NCBI GenBank assembly: GCA_000934665.2
Contig: KZ538215.1
Location: forward strand, 1 to 64,000
DNA: 64,000 nucleotides
From: Catajapyx aquilonaris
Lineage: Eukaryota
Reading direction: 5' to 3'
The notes beneath the pieces are model-generated. The model had not been told where the DNA came from. It ran no database searches and was given only the letters and a program-made list of their open reading frames with translations. Position numbers and translations under genes: made by a program. Each line of letters begins with the position of its first letter. Position 1 is the first letter of the stretch. This document shows, piece by piece, positions 12,901-25,949 of the stretch.

Positions 12901-14381
12901 CGGCAGAAATATGGCGCGTTCTTAACTTCCCCTCCATTAATCTTCTCCCCCCATTCTAGCTATAGTCAGCAATATCCTGGCACCACCGCAGCTCCTCACA
13001 ACCGTCCTGCTCACCGGGCAGCCTAGCTCCCAGGATACACGTGACGAACACGCCCCCCGTCACGCCGAACAGTCTGCTCCGGGTCTAGACCCGACATGAC
13101 CTTCCGATCGATCCTCAGGTCGATGGCAATGCGCGCATGTCTCCCTATCCAACATGGCCGCCGCCATTCGCACTGCTTTCGGCCATTTGCAACTTACGTA
13201 ACAGGAAAGGATCCGGGAGGGTTGACGTACTACGATTATCCGGGGCGGAGGCGGGTGCAGCGCCTGCGCCCCCAAAGTCTGCCCCCGAAACACCCTCCTC
13301 TGTGGACCGATGAGACACGCGGCTCCTCCACACACATCCGGACATTATCCCTCGGGAAAAACTCGCACACTCCAGTGAGCAGTCGTGTCCGTACCTAAAT
13401 CTTGCATTGAATGTGTCCAACACACACACTGATAGGGTACACTGTTTTAAAGCGGAAGATGGCCGCTCCTACCCTGGGTGACTTCCGGCGTGGGGGTCGG
13501 GTGGGGAGAAATTGAATAATTTACATGTTGACGACGGGTCGATAGGGCGCCGATGGGCGATGTTCTCTTTTGGGTGGAGGTGAGCTCGGAGGAAACGAGC
13601 CCAAATGGCACGTGCACTGGATGAAATGTGTACACCTATAGCTCATAATTACAGGTGGTATCCCACCTATTCAGAGCTGGCATATATAAGGCTTGATTAA
13701 AATAACGTTTTTGCTCCGAATGCTCGCCGACAACGGTGTGGTACGTGGCTCTAAAAGGGGTTCTAAAAATGGCCCCCTGTGGAACCATGCCGACGGTATG
13801 TTCTTGTGGGATGGGTACGAAAATGACGAAAGGTGCGTCGTGATTACTTTATCGGTGCTAACAGCAGATTTACTGCATTGGGATCCTTGGTATCGACTCC
13901 CTGGGTGATACGCAAGCCTCTCTATGGCGAGAGTGGGGTGATTGGAACAGCTCACGAAGCGGATGCACGGTTTGTAATCAGTTTTGAGATGGCTTTGGTT
14001 GAGGCTACCTGGTTTATCAGCAACCCAAATTTTACGTGCAAATCCCTCTACCCAAGCCTCTATCCCAAAAGCTCAAAAATGGCGAATCTATTCCAGGAGA
14101 GAACCAAGCGTGACACGCGGTTCCACTACATTCCATCTTTTAACAGTCGCCCTCCAAATTAAATTGCCCCAGCGAAAAACCGTAACAGTCCATTACGCAC
14201 CCTACTAGAGCACGATTAATCGGTCATACACCATCTCGAGTCCCCAAAATGTTGATTGATCTTCCTCGCCATCATACCCTCTCTCCCCCCACGCTTTCCC
14301 GGGAGAGAAATGAAGGGTCAATGGGAAAACCCCCGAATCCCTATTCCCCCCTCCAAGCATGTATATACCCCCCCCCCCTGT

Positions 14382-14565
14382 NNNNNNNNNNNNNNNNNNN
14401 NNNNNNNNNNNNNNNNNNNNNNNNNNNNNNNNNNNNNNNNNNNNNNNNNNNNNNNNNNNNNNNNNNNNNNNNNNNNNNNNNNNNNNNNNNNNNNNNNNNN
14501 NNNNNNNNNNNNNNNNNNNNNNNNNNNNNNNNNNNNNNNNNNNNNNNNNNNNNNNNNNNNNNNNN
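14382..14565. other. assembly gap
   Basis: Run of N flanked by poly-C. Confidence 0.99.
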
Positions 14566-17500
14566 CCCCCCCCCACCCCCACCCCCTTCAATGCTCTTGT
14601 CAACACTCCGAGACTCCCATATTTAACTTTCAGTTCCAACCAGCCCCCCGCTGAAAACCCTCTTTGAACGTGTACTCGACTAGTGAACCCCGGCGCCATA
14701 TTCGGAACATAATGACGGCGGATGTCGTACAAGAGCGAATTGAGTGTATTCCTTCCTGTAATTGAATCCCGATAGTTTTCAATAGCCTAATCCCTCATCT
14801 CAACCAGCTTCCGTTATGTACAATACTGGACAAAAAAAAATCTGTCAACTGCTCGTATGAATTATTGACTGGTTGTCCACATAATTTTGGCCAGTACAAT
14901 AATTACAACACAATGTTCAATAGACACATTGGTTTAAAAAAAAATAGTGAAATAAGCCATATTATGAATACCCGACTGTTCCCACACAACTCCTCCCTCA
15001 TCTTACGGCCTACAGCATTGGGAGTGATGTCAAAATTTAGCCCGTGTTTTCTATATTTGCAATACCTTTTTTTTTTTTTTGTAAATAGTGTCCGGGAATT
15101 TATAAAACAAAAAACGCCGACCGCGACCTTTCCACGGAATTCCCATTTCCGCCGCGCCGTTCCGTGCACTTCTGCACTTCGTGTGACTTCTGCAATCCAC
15201 CGTCGGATGTCGCTCCCTGGTCCGCGTCTCTCTCTCCACTTTCGCAATTTTGTGCCTAATTTCGGTAAGTTGGTGCCTAGTACGTCACTATAAACAGCAG
15301 CTATGGGCACAAAGGTTTCGGCTTACATGTGTCACAAGGTAGCTCTGGAATCACAGTACTGCACTATAGCGAGCTTCTTCGTTATCGCGTTCTGTAGGGA
15401 GTGGTAAGCAGACGAGAAGGTGTATATGATCTGACTTATGAGGTTGCACGCGCTATAATCTTGGCATATGACATACAGCCTATTATGCGGCTTTGCCACG
15501 TTCATTTTCACGCTATTCAGGCCTAATATGCCTGGATGTTTACGCACGCTGAAGTTGGGAAGTCATTTCCAGCCCCGAAAACGAGCGGTTCAACTCAAAG
15601 ATAAACACCACGTGTCAACACACAAGATGACCAACGTTTGCAGAAGACCAACAAGATGTGTACGGTGCATGACAAACTAGGGATTAGGCACCTGCACATT
15701 TCCCGTCAGGGACACTCGCATATTCGCAAATTTGCTGGAATTTGCACCTTGCCCCTCTCCCCACTTCCCATAATGTAGCTTCCCATTCAACTCTTGGCAC
15801 AATCACTGCAGTAACGCTGGTCGATAGATTCCACTTAATTATGTAAAATAACACTAATTACAGTATGTTTCATGGGTGCATAACTCGTGATACCGGGGGA
15901 AGCACTAGATGAAATTATGTCGAAAAATATCCATGCTACGGAATTCCAGCTTCAAAAACAACAAGCACTTCGTTGTGTACTTTCATGTGGTGGAAAGTAT
16001 TTGAAATATTCATGCCCCAGCACTGTTATACCTTCGGTTGAGAGTTACCACCGAGAATGCAAATCCCCAATTTTACCTCACCCTGTAGCTGGGCTCATTA
16101 TTACGTAAAATGCAATTGTCGCGCATAAATCACCCAATTATATTAGCCTGTTCCGCAGACCTGACTTACACAGGCGTAACCAATAATTGTGATAATAATA
16201 TCCCCCTAATTAGAGGCTGCACAGTGCACATGCATTGATGTGCACGGGCACCATAAGATTTCGCCTTTGGTTAGTAACAATATTTTTCCCTTCATATGAT
16301 GAGAAGAGAGTACTTGGCAATGTACGAAACTTGATTAATTCCGTCTGTCTGAACACCGTGAGTGCTGATCTATCAAAAGTGAAGTCACGGTGTTTTCTGT
16401 TTATTAGTTATTTTATTAGTACTGCAGTCTGTTCCATCCTGAGCATCACAATTTCCTCACTCAACCTTTGCACATTCTCTATTTATTTTTAAAAACATTC
16501 ATACTGAAAATTTAACGAAGCAATAAAAGTTAAATAAACTCTCAAGCTCATGCTTTTATTTACAATGTTTCTTTCAGCTGCAACTGTTACGCAGTGGCAC
16601 AGTAAGCCTACGGTATACACCAAGCACAATACTACAATATGCATGACACACTTGCTTTCTTTTTCACTACCACTGGGGCTATCCTCGTCTTCGGCTACAA
16701 AAGCCGCAAAGTATTAATTATAAAACAGATAAATAATAGCCAATCTCACCGTCAGGAATAACTAGTAAAAAATTAAATATCTCCACTGCAAAATTTAACA
16801 TAATCACCTTGGATGAAGCGACCACCGCCACCCCCTTGCAATATGCATGCCCCTGAATTTCGAAATAATGCGCTGGAGAGCAATTCCTTCCGGTTAAACT
16901 CGACCACAATGTATCATTCAATGCAATGATACCTAGTCGCGCTCCCGAAACAGAGTTCAAATAAAATCCCGCACTGTACATGCAAAAGCTACATGAATGC
17001 ACGGTCCCCCAGTCCTGAAAAATTCAGGTCCTCCCGCATTGCATTTACCTAAAAGGGGTCCTACTCTCAAAGGAGTCCCCGCCATATTAGCCGACAAATG
17101 TGAACTATTCGTATAAAAGGCGTGTTCACAAGCTCGCAAGAATCGGCCCCCATTCGTCCATTAACTTCTCGCCCAAACAAAAAAATGTATCCCGACATTA
17201 TGAATCTTGCCTTCTTCCATGTGAATATTGGGGGGTATCCGTCACGATGCCCCGCCATCTGCTAACCCCGCTGTACATATGTAACAGGACCTCTAAAAAT
17301 TAATTCCCTCGTCTGACACCAGACTCGCAACAGTCGGTTCCCCCCAAAAAACGGCTGAAAGGGCTAAAAAGACAAGACGTAATTCGGTATCCGAAATGAT
17401 CCCATCCCAGTCCTCCTGAGATCCACTCCCGTCTCCTTTTTTCCAATTTCCAGGTCGCCCGCCGTCTCCGATCCATTATCTTCAGCGACCTATCACTCTC

Positions 17501-18399
17501 TGTCATTTTCCTAATCGTCTGCAAGATGGCCCAGACTCCAAGTTGGCACCGCTTCCCCCTGCGTCATCTCCCTTCCAAGTGGTACATACGTATGCAAAAC
17601 CCTCCCAAGAAAAACATGTCGAACTTTCCCGAGGTCCGTGAACCGCCAGGGTGGACTTCCGACCCCGCCCCCGCTGTCACTTGGTCCCAAAGTCATTGAC
17701 TCCAGAAAACCTTATGATGCACTTAAAATTCAAAACGCTCAATATGTAAATTACTCATAATGGGGTCCTAGCCTACATTTGGCAAACCCATGCAAAAAAA
17801 AAATCGTCATTATTTTTAAATGAATTTTGGGTGTTTTTTGTTTGAAGAAACAAATATTAGTTTTCGAGCTATATGATCGAGCTAAGATCATAATAATTAT
17901 ATGGTATCGTATTGCCCTCTGACGTCACTGTTGTCCATTTAAAATAAACATGCAGAGGTAGGAATGCTTTGTTCCTTTGCTTGTTGCCTCAACGGAATCG
18001 AACGACCGCAAGTATAAAGCCGAATCGAACGGAACCGCCAATAAATAAGCCGAATCGAACCGGCTGTCGCGAGACAACGGCCTGCTGACGTCACTGTGGT
18101 CCGAAGCCACGCCCCCGTTTTCCCCGCCAATTTGCCCATGGCTTTTAAACCCCCGATAATTTATCGAGGAATGACATTTTGATGCCGAAAAGTGGCGGAA
18201 CATATGTTTATATAAATGTATGGTTGAGATATTCGTGTAGCCTACAAATCGCCTCAAAGTCTATAGGACCCCAATCTTTAAATTATTAAAAACCCATCCG
18301 AAACTTCATGCAGCTACTCAATAGTTTTATGCACTTTGTGTTTTCAGCTACTAGCAAATTCACTGAACATACTGTAATACCAACCTCACGGAGATGGCA

Positions 18400-19020
18400 G
18401 CTTCTGTCAACAACAACCCCCCCCCCCCCCNCCCAAACCTCTCCTGGTCTAATCAATGAAGCCTGTCCGGGGTGTTCGTGGCTGCGGAAAGATACACTGG
18501 GGTTCCTCCAGCCATAATCCTTCCCTGAATTACCGCTCAATTGGCGAATTTAAGAAGGCATTCGCTGCTCCCGGAATGAACCGCCAGGAGGCACTTAACG
18601 CGCTGTTCACCCGGATAATCCTTCCGCTATGCCACTTTTTTTAAATTCCGGAAGCGGCTTGCAAACAGCTCCAAAAAAAAAATCTGCGTTACGCAAAAAG
18701 CAGGCCCCATTCTGCAAGAACCGGAAAATATACTCTCCTCCTCGGCCGGCAGAAACGAAAGGCCTGGGCCTCCTGGCCAGAGAGACGTTTCCTCTGGACA
18801 TGCCCGCCAAATCGATCTTCTCCTCACCAAAACTGACTTCCCCGGGAAACCCAACTACACCGGAAACTCCACTCCTCGCAAAATTGCTGCCGGTGTATAT
18901 CAAACGCAGTGGCCACGTGAAGTCTATTGTGAAGTGTGGCAGGGTTCTCTCAGGATGGTTCCGCCCATCTTCTCCTCAACGAAATATCGGTTGCAGGCGA
19001 AGTTCAGATAAATAGAAAAT
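18400..19020 (+). mobile_element. possible degenerate CR1/L2-clade LINE 3' relic
   Basis: Peptides KAFAAPGMNRQEALNALFTRIILPL and TPLLAKLLPVYIKRSGHVKSI...FRPS resemble the C-terminal region of CR1/L2/Rex-type ORF2; disrupted by frameshifts. Confidence 0.35.
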
Positions 19021-20702
19021 TTATTAATCTTCACAAACCTCACATCACATAAACGAGCAAGCAGCAAGCGTCCATTAGACCAATATTGCTATATACACAC
19101 GTGCTTAATGAACAATGACAACATTAGCCTTATAACTCACTTAAACTCCAGCGTGTATCACGTCATCTCTCACATGAAACAACTGCGATAATATTAGAGG
19201 GTCCAAATTCAGCTAAAATAATTAACCTCACCACCTACACGGCTCACTAGTCAAAAGAGTAATAGTACGCATATTGTGGCGGTGTGCAATATTGCAGATA
19301 TAACAGTACAAACCACTTTTGAAATTCACATGTCATAATTCATGGGAGAATAAAGCGTCATTCTACTAATGTGACAGTGGCTATCCAAAAAGCTGTATTC
19401 ATCCCATCATGACTGTAATGATTCCGCTGTGATTTAAACTAATAATAACAGAGCATAACTTCACATCAATCTTTTTAAAGGAAGATTGAACAGTCTCTTA
19501 CTGAATCAATCTGGAGGCATTCTAAACCTAAGGCAACTACATGTGTTACTCAGCATTGCACATGAGGATCAAAGCCAATTATATGAGCATTATTTTTATT
19601 CATGATATGCTGGCGGGAAGAAATGGGCGGTCCTTCCACTGCAGAATTATATATAACATGAAGTATGCAATATCCAGGTCACTATGATTTAGTTACACCT
19701 TGTTATCTCCTTCCCATTATAGCGTCGGGCCTTTAAGGCACTCGCCATATAGGCCTACTTGCCTTTTGCGCGTCGTGTTTATACGAGACGTGTAAGATTC
19801 TCGAGTTGAAGGCTTCCGAAAAGCGTGACAAGCTACCTGCAGCCAAGGCTCCAGTGTGCAATATCAGGCCATGTTCTCTGCTGCGAATCAGCAAGATTCC
19901 AAATAATTATTGCTTCAAAGGATTTTCGGTGCCTCCCTGCTTCCTCATTTTTCGAGGGAGGAGAAAAAAAAAGTACACTGCTTAAACATGTCAGGCACAC
20001 ATTTTCCTCGTCAACAGATCAAAGGGCTCGCAAATTCTCAATCTGTTATGCCAAAAAGACCTCCTATTAAGTAAATGCAATTATTATGTGCATCGCTGCA
20101 ACGCCCTAAACGTTTTCCAGTCTAAACTAATGTTTGTCAGAGAAATTTTGTCCATTCACTTGACGTTTGACTCGAAATTAGGGCACCTTTAAATAATAAA
20201 CTAGCCTACATGCAAAATAATGCCTCTTCCTGGGAGTTGAAAACACGTCTCTAAAATTTGGCAACCCTATTTTCTAGCCACATTGTTCATTGTAAATTAA
20301 ATTCTGGCCTGCGATGTAAATCAGGGAATATTATATCCTGTCACTCTGTCGTCGCCCTCCCTCGGTAAACGAAGTTACGTTGCACCTATTCTTCGTGGTT
20401 AGATTTCCCTTCCACCACCCCCACCTCCCGTTCATTACAGGCTGAGGTATCGCAGGGCATTATCGCGTCATCAAGCAGGCCATTTCCCTCGCATGAGTAA
20501 TGGAAGCTCCAAAGCAACCTCAAGTAAAAGTACAAGAAAAATTTACAGGGTATTGCATAATTAAGCTCACACACCATCATATACTCCATGGCCTTATTTG
20601 CCTCGGATTCCCAAATAAGCAAAACCGAGCCACACCCCAGTTCCCAGCACGAGATATTACTATCACACTGCAAAGTGCATAGTACGATGGACAATGGTGC
20701 AA

Positions 20703-20982
20703 TCTAATACATACTTCACAACGTATATTCCCAATGCCCCAGTGTGATCATTAGGGGTAGTTTTTAACGGGGAAGGTTTTTAGCACATTGGACTTGACCT
20801 CCGAGGCAATCCTTGGCCGCAGGAGACGAAATACCATGTCCCCATAATAAGGTCCCATCACGTTTATCACGCAGCTAATACCCTCACCGCCAATAGTTAT
20901 ATTATAGCTACTTCCCAAATCATCCAAAGCACTCCAATGGAAACGTATTTTATAGCCCGGGCAACGCCGGGTATCCTGCTAG
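20703..20982 (+). mobile_element. non-autonomous Helitron, copy 1
   Basis: A|TC 5' end; 3' hairpin CCCGG-GCAACG-CCGGG followed by CTAG|T; no TSD; ~95 bp internal similarity to 23111-23498. Confidence 0.85.
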
Positions 20983-21169
20983 TACATGCTATACTGTAAC
21001 CTTTAAAATTTTTAAATGTTTCCACCCCCAAAAATTATAGATATCCACAGTTTTAAATGTTACAAAAATAGTGGATATGTGACAGGTTTATTACAGCGTT
21101 GTCAGCATGAGAGCCACGAGATAACGCCGTTTCACCAATGTGGCTGGAAACCACCTGAAAATAACCTGA

Positions 21170-21430
21170 GACAGGATTGGTGAGAAATGAAAGCATTCCC
21201 CGGTTTAATAACATTACACGCCCGGATATAAAAGATCTCGAAGTACATGCTCCTCACGAACGTGGCCATTGGAGGAAACAAAAGAAAAGGCTAGAAGCAA
21301 AAAGAAAAAAAAGGGAGAGACAAAAGGAGAGCAAGAAAATAGTCCGGCTCAAGATGGAACTTTGGGAGACGGCACAGCATGCTCTGGACATTCTGCCACA
21401 GACGGACAATAACCAACAGAGAACATCCAT
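21170..21430 (+). mobile_element. possible RTE LINE 3' fragment
   Basis: Purine-rich stretch encoding VRNESI...GHWR...KRKKRERQK, resembling the RTE C-terminus; weak. Confidence 0.25.
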
Positions 21431-23110
21431 GTAGAGAATAGGAGGCAGATCAATTTACACTTTCTTGCAACTATCCGCAAAAATGTAATATTTCATTAAA
21501 ATTTTTAAAAATGTGCTACACTAACCCTCAATTATTTTGAGCACAGCTAGGAAATCGTGTGGTACACTCCCAAGATAACAATTTTTCTCGTGCTTTTTCC
21601 CCCCAAATAAACTGCCTTTTGCATGGTGCATAAAAGTCATGCGTGGCCAGGCTGAAAGTGTGCACGGATTATAACACTCTGTTTAAATTTACTACACCCA
21701 GCGCGATAACATACTATCGCCGGCAGCTGTTTGCGCACGTTAGAGTAAACATTGTGATTGCTGACGCCAATTTGGTATATGCAAATTTACAACCGCAATT
21801 AATTATTCTCAGCCCAGAAATTCCCTCAAAAAGCTTCGTGATCAACTTAGAACAAATGGCGAAGTAAAGCGACGTTACAGGTAACCTGGACACCACAATA
21901 TTTCACACTGGTAAAAATTGACGATTCAGAACGAAATTGAAAATACAGGCTGGCTTCGGTGCTGCCTTAGTAAATGGACAACACAAAAATCAGCCAGCTC
22001 TTGGTATTGTTATAACTGCCATAAAATATTTCACCTGCGAAAATTTTGCTCAATAACCAGTCCAGCCACCAGAGAACAGGTTGATGATTAGTCTCGTATG
22101 CAGCTTGCATGCGCTAGTTTTTTTGTAATTTGCAGAAGGGGGGGGAAAAAATCCGTATTTACTTGAACATATAACACACATCACTGGAGCCCTAACGGTG
22201 TGCAGAGTTTTGAAGTTTAAATTGCCTCGTTATAGAACCGCTCGTATTGGATCAGCTAATTTCAGTTGCCCTCTTTGGAAACACGAATGGATAACTGCGT
22301 CAAAACCGCTCCAAAACTAGTTTGCCCAGCATTTCACGCGTATGGGCCAGCAACTGCGGAAATTCTGCACATATATATAAGAATACTGCAGCTATAATTT
22401 AAAAAAGCAGTTATTTCTGGATGTTTGGTAAATTCAGTACAACTTGACCCACATGATTAATAATTGATCATACAGCATGAAAAATAACACATGCCCAGAA
22501 ATAAATTCCCCCCAAACACCATTCCACCCATTATGGATTTCGCACACGCTTTTCCATTTTTGCCCTGACGTACTTACGGGAAAGGAAGGGAATATCCTTT
22601 TAGAAGCATGGAGGAAAAGGTAGAGAAAATTTCCAAAGTGGCTTGAGTCCAGGGACTCGGGGAAGTAGATGGGGGGAGAAGAGGAAGGTTTGGGGACTCC
22701 TGGAGGATTGTGCAGGAAAAGATGCTGTCAGAAGCTTCCGTTTGATTCCCTCCCACATCCAAACCCCAGTTCAACATCCAACATGGCTGCAGCAAGCGTC
22801 ATCTTTTTGCTCACTATTTCCTTCTTCAAGAAGCTCCCCTCTTTCCATCTCCTCTCCTCCAACTTGACTTCACTAGCGCCAAAGTGATTGCTCCATTACT
22901 GCCTCCTGAAGGATCGGGGATGCAGCACAAGTATGGCAATTTGTTTGAAGCAGGTTCTTAGCCTCCCTTTTTTGTGGGCGCCATTAAGCAAACAGGTGTT
23001 AGTTGCATAGAATGGCCTTTCCTGACCAACTCGATACCTACCAGCCACAGTGGATAGGCCCAGCCTTTTCCAGACTAGAAAGCTGCTAACTGGTTCACTA
23101 GTAGCTAACA

Positions 23111-23498
23111 CTAGGATACCCGGCGTTGCTCGGGTTATGAAATACTTTATAGGAGTAACTCATTGATTTGGTAGTTACCTTTGCGATAATTATGGCTATA
23201 AAATGTTGGCACATGGTGCATATTTCATGTGCATGAAGTCCAAACAACACACTACAGATATCACAGAGTATCGAACGTCACATACATCCAAAGCGGAGAT
23301 TTTCTTACATCCGGGGTTCCTGATTTTCTGCCTTTTCGCCTCCTGCGGCCAAGGATGACCGTGGAGGTCAATTCCAATGCGCTAAAAACCTTCCCCGTTA
23401 AAAACTACCCCTAATGATCCCCCTGGGGCATATCACGAGCCCTCCGTATTGATTTGCATCGGGAACGTACAGTCATACTTTGTGAAATATGTATCAGA
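23111..23498 (-). mobile_element. non-autonomous Helitron, copy 2 (inverted relative to copy 1)
   Basis: Minus strand reads A|TCTGATACATATTTCAC ... CCCGAGCAACGCCGGGTATCCTAG|T and shares ATCATTAGGGGTAGTTTTTAACGGGGAAGGTTTTTAGC with copy 1. Confidence 0.85.
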
Positions 23499-25223
23499 TG
23501 ACCATGTCACACATAGTAAAAAGTAATGTTTTAAAATAAGACCAGTTCTGTAAGCCAATTCCCCCCCCCCCCAAATGCAGTAACCTGCCACAACCTGCCC
23601 ATGCACTTTTCAACGTGAGTAATGGCGCATACTGTAGTAAGAAGGAGGGGAAATGTCTGAAACAGAGGCTTAGTCAGTGACAGACTTTAGGTTTGAAGGT
23701 TTGGCACAGTACAGCCTCCGGCGTTCTGGAATCCTGATTGAAGTCTTCTCACTCCGAACGGATCCAGTGTCACTCTCCATTATATACAGCTCTACCCTCT
23801 CCACCCCTTTCCCCTTCAACCTCCATGCCAAACTTGCTTGGACTGATATATCGATTTGTTACCGCTGCATGGGAAGTCTTCCACTTGATTCCCCTCTGGC
23901 CTTATTGTATTTTTTTTTTTTTTTTTTGCTCTCCTTCCTAACAGCACACCCTCCATGCCAACAACTGTGCATTGTTTGCTTCACGCTCTAGCGATGCAAA
24001 TTATGAATTCCAGCCCATTTTCATTCAGCCGCGTACAGTACGAAGGGCTGAGGGAGACGAGCTTCAAAGCTAATCTATATGAAACTTTAATGCATAATTC
24101 TATAAGAAGCAAGTCATCCGTCTTATAATTGCTTGTCAGGTCCTGACGATTGATTCTGCTTCTTACAACTTTCACTTTTTGGTTACAATATTTCGATATA
24201 TCGATACATGCCACATCGATCCGGAAAGCCCCTGTATTCGTAACCCCGCTCGTGCTCGTTGGCCCCGTGGTCGCCCCAGGCTTCGTCCTGTCAAACAACA
24301 TTAGTGCCGGAAAAATAACGCCCCTAATCCCCACGCACACTGTCCGCTAACTCAACCAAATGGTCGGTCCGGAAGCCCTGTCAAACCAAACAGGCCGACT
24401 CGAAAAAAAAAAAAAAACTGTCAAGCATCCCTTTTTCTTTCACTTACACCCCCGCACGCAAAAACCGGCAACTTAACACCCTGGTGCAATTGTAGCCCCG
24501 TAAATCAAGGCTGGAACCCCCGGAGGGCTTACATATCACTCAAAGCGAGGCCCCGAAATGATGCGAATTTATGCTCATGTATCTCCGGAGTGCAGTAATA
24601 ACGTCCTCGCCTGCAGCCTGCAGTATTTTGCATGGCGTATCAGTTTCTGGTTCCTGACTTTTTTTTGCGGGGGGAGGCCTCTGGCAAAAAGAGTTGGGTT
24701 TCTCTTTTTTGTTGCTGTTGTTCTTGCCAACTGCAGATGGATGAGCTGCGTTGGCTGCAAAGAGCGACCCGGAGAGATGTCCAGAAGATGGTGCAGTCTA
24801 TATCGACGAGAACGATATACACCAATCGAGGCTGAAGAGTTCCTCCCGCATCATCCGGATCCCCAGATTACTGGAGTCGTTATGAATGCCGACTATTCAC
24901 ATCTTCACTCATTATATCTGCTTCTTTCCCGGCGCCTTTTCTCCCCCTTCCCTATTTTAATAACGGTTGCTATGCCACGCAACGCTAGGGGGATTACAAA
25001 AGAGCCCAGGGCGAACGCATTCGGTTTCAAAAACTTCCAACTTTTTTTTCCCCGGAATATTAGAATACGAACGGGATGAGAGGGGGGGAAAAAATGAAAA
25101 ATCATGAGAGCAGCTGCAATGTTCCAGCATAGCAACCAGAATCTACACTTTATGTTCCTATACTTCGGAGGTGTAAAAATTGATACATGGAACGGACCTC
25201 ATATTCTCCCAACACACTGCAAG

Positions 25224-25494
25224 TCGTGTTGGTCATTAATGGCGTCGTACTGCCAGCGACATTTTTCGATGCGGCAGACGTGAGTGCGAGCCGTGCGAGT
25301 AAGAAGAGGTAGGCTTTGGGTGACGTCACCGGCTGGGGGGGGGGGGGNNNNNNNNGAGAAAAGGCTTGTCCCCAGCCAGTGACGTCACCGAAGGTCTACC
25401 ATTTCTTTCTCGCAATGCTCTTTCACTTCGATTTGCACGTCTGCCGCATCGGAAAATGTCGCTAGCAGTGTGACGCGATTAATGTCCAACACTG
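25224..25494. mobile_element. fold-back MITE, family A copy 2
   Basis: GTGTTGGTCATTAAT...ATTAATGTCCAACACTG|TA; same internal palindrome with two TGACGTCA; short N gap in the centre. Confidence 0.85.
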
Positions 25495-25916
25495 TACCTC
25501 AGCGTCAACGCCATGATTCCAAATCAAGTCCACTCATACACACATTTATAAAGGGACACATGCATGTTAATTAAGCATCCACGCAACAAAGTCGCCGAGC
25601 AATCCCTGCCAATCTAATTAAAACACCGCGGCATGATCTGAAACAAGTCGGTACCACCTACCAATGCAGGTCGCACCGAATAATAGCGAGTGACGCATGA
25701 AACACGAGCTCATCCTTTTTTTTCACACAAAAAAAACTGTAAAACGACCCCTCCTATCACTATGAGCGCAATGTAAACGGAAACCATCGGCAATGGACTT
25801 CAGACACTTGTTGTATCAAATTTTTAGCCAAGTTTGGTGTCCCAGAATGGCGAGATGGAGGAAACCGAATGGTGGATATCGATTTCCACCTTGTTTCTCT
25901 CCCCCCCCCCCCCCCC

Positions 25917-25949
25917 NNNNNNNNNNNNNNNNNNNNNNNNNNNNNNNNN
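25917..25949. other. assembly gap
   Basis: N run within poly-C. Confidence 0.99.

Noticed and set aside
13693..14162. Peptide with PWVIRK...NPN resembling a Jockey/I-type LINE C-terminus
   Set aside because: Similarity too weak to call without a search.
14205..14732. ORFs spanning the N gap
   Set aside because: Artefacts of unresolved bases and poly-C.
17990..18060. Short spaced repeats as a CRISPR-like array
   Set aside because: Only three 9-12-bp repeats, eukaryotic intron context, no cas genes.
24737..24835. Acceptor-like TGCAG followed by the short ORF MDELRWLQRATRRDVQKMVQS
   Set aside because: No partner exons or recognisable homology.
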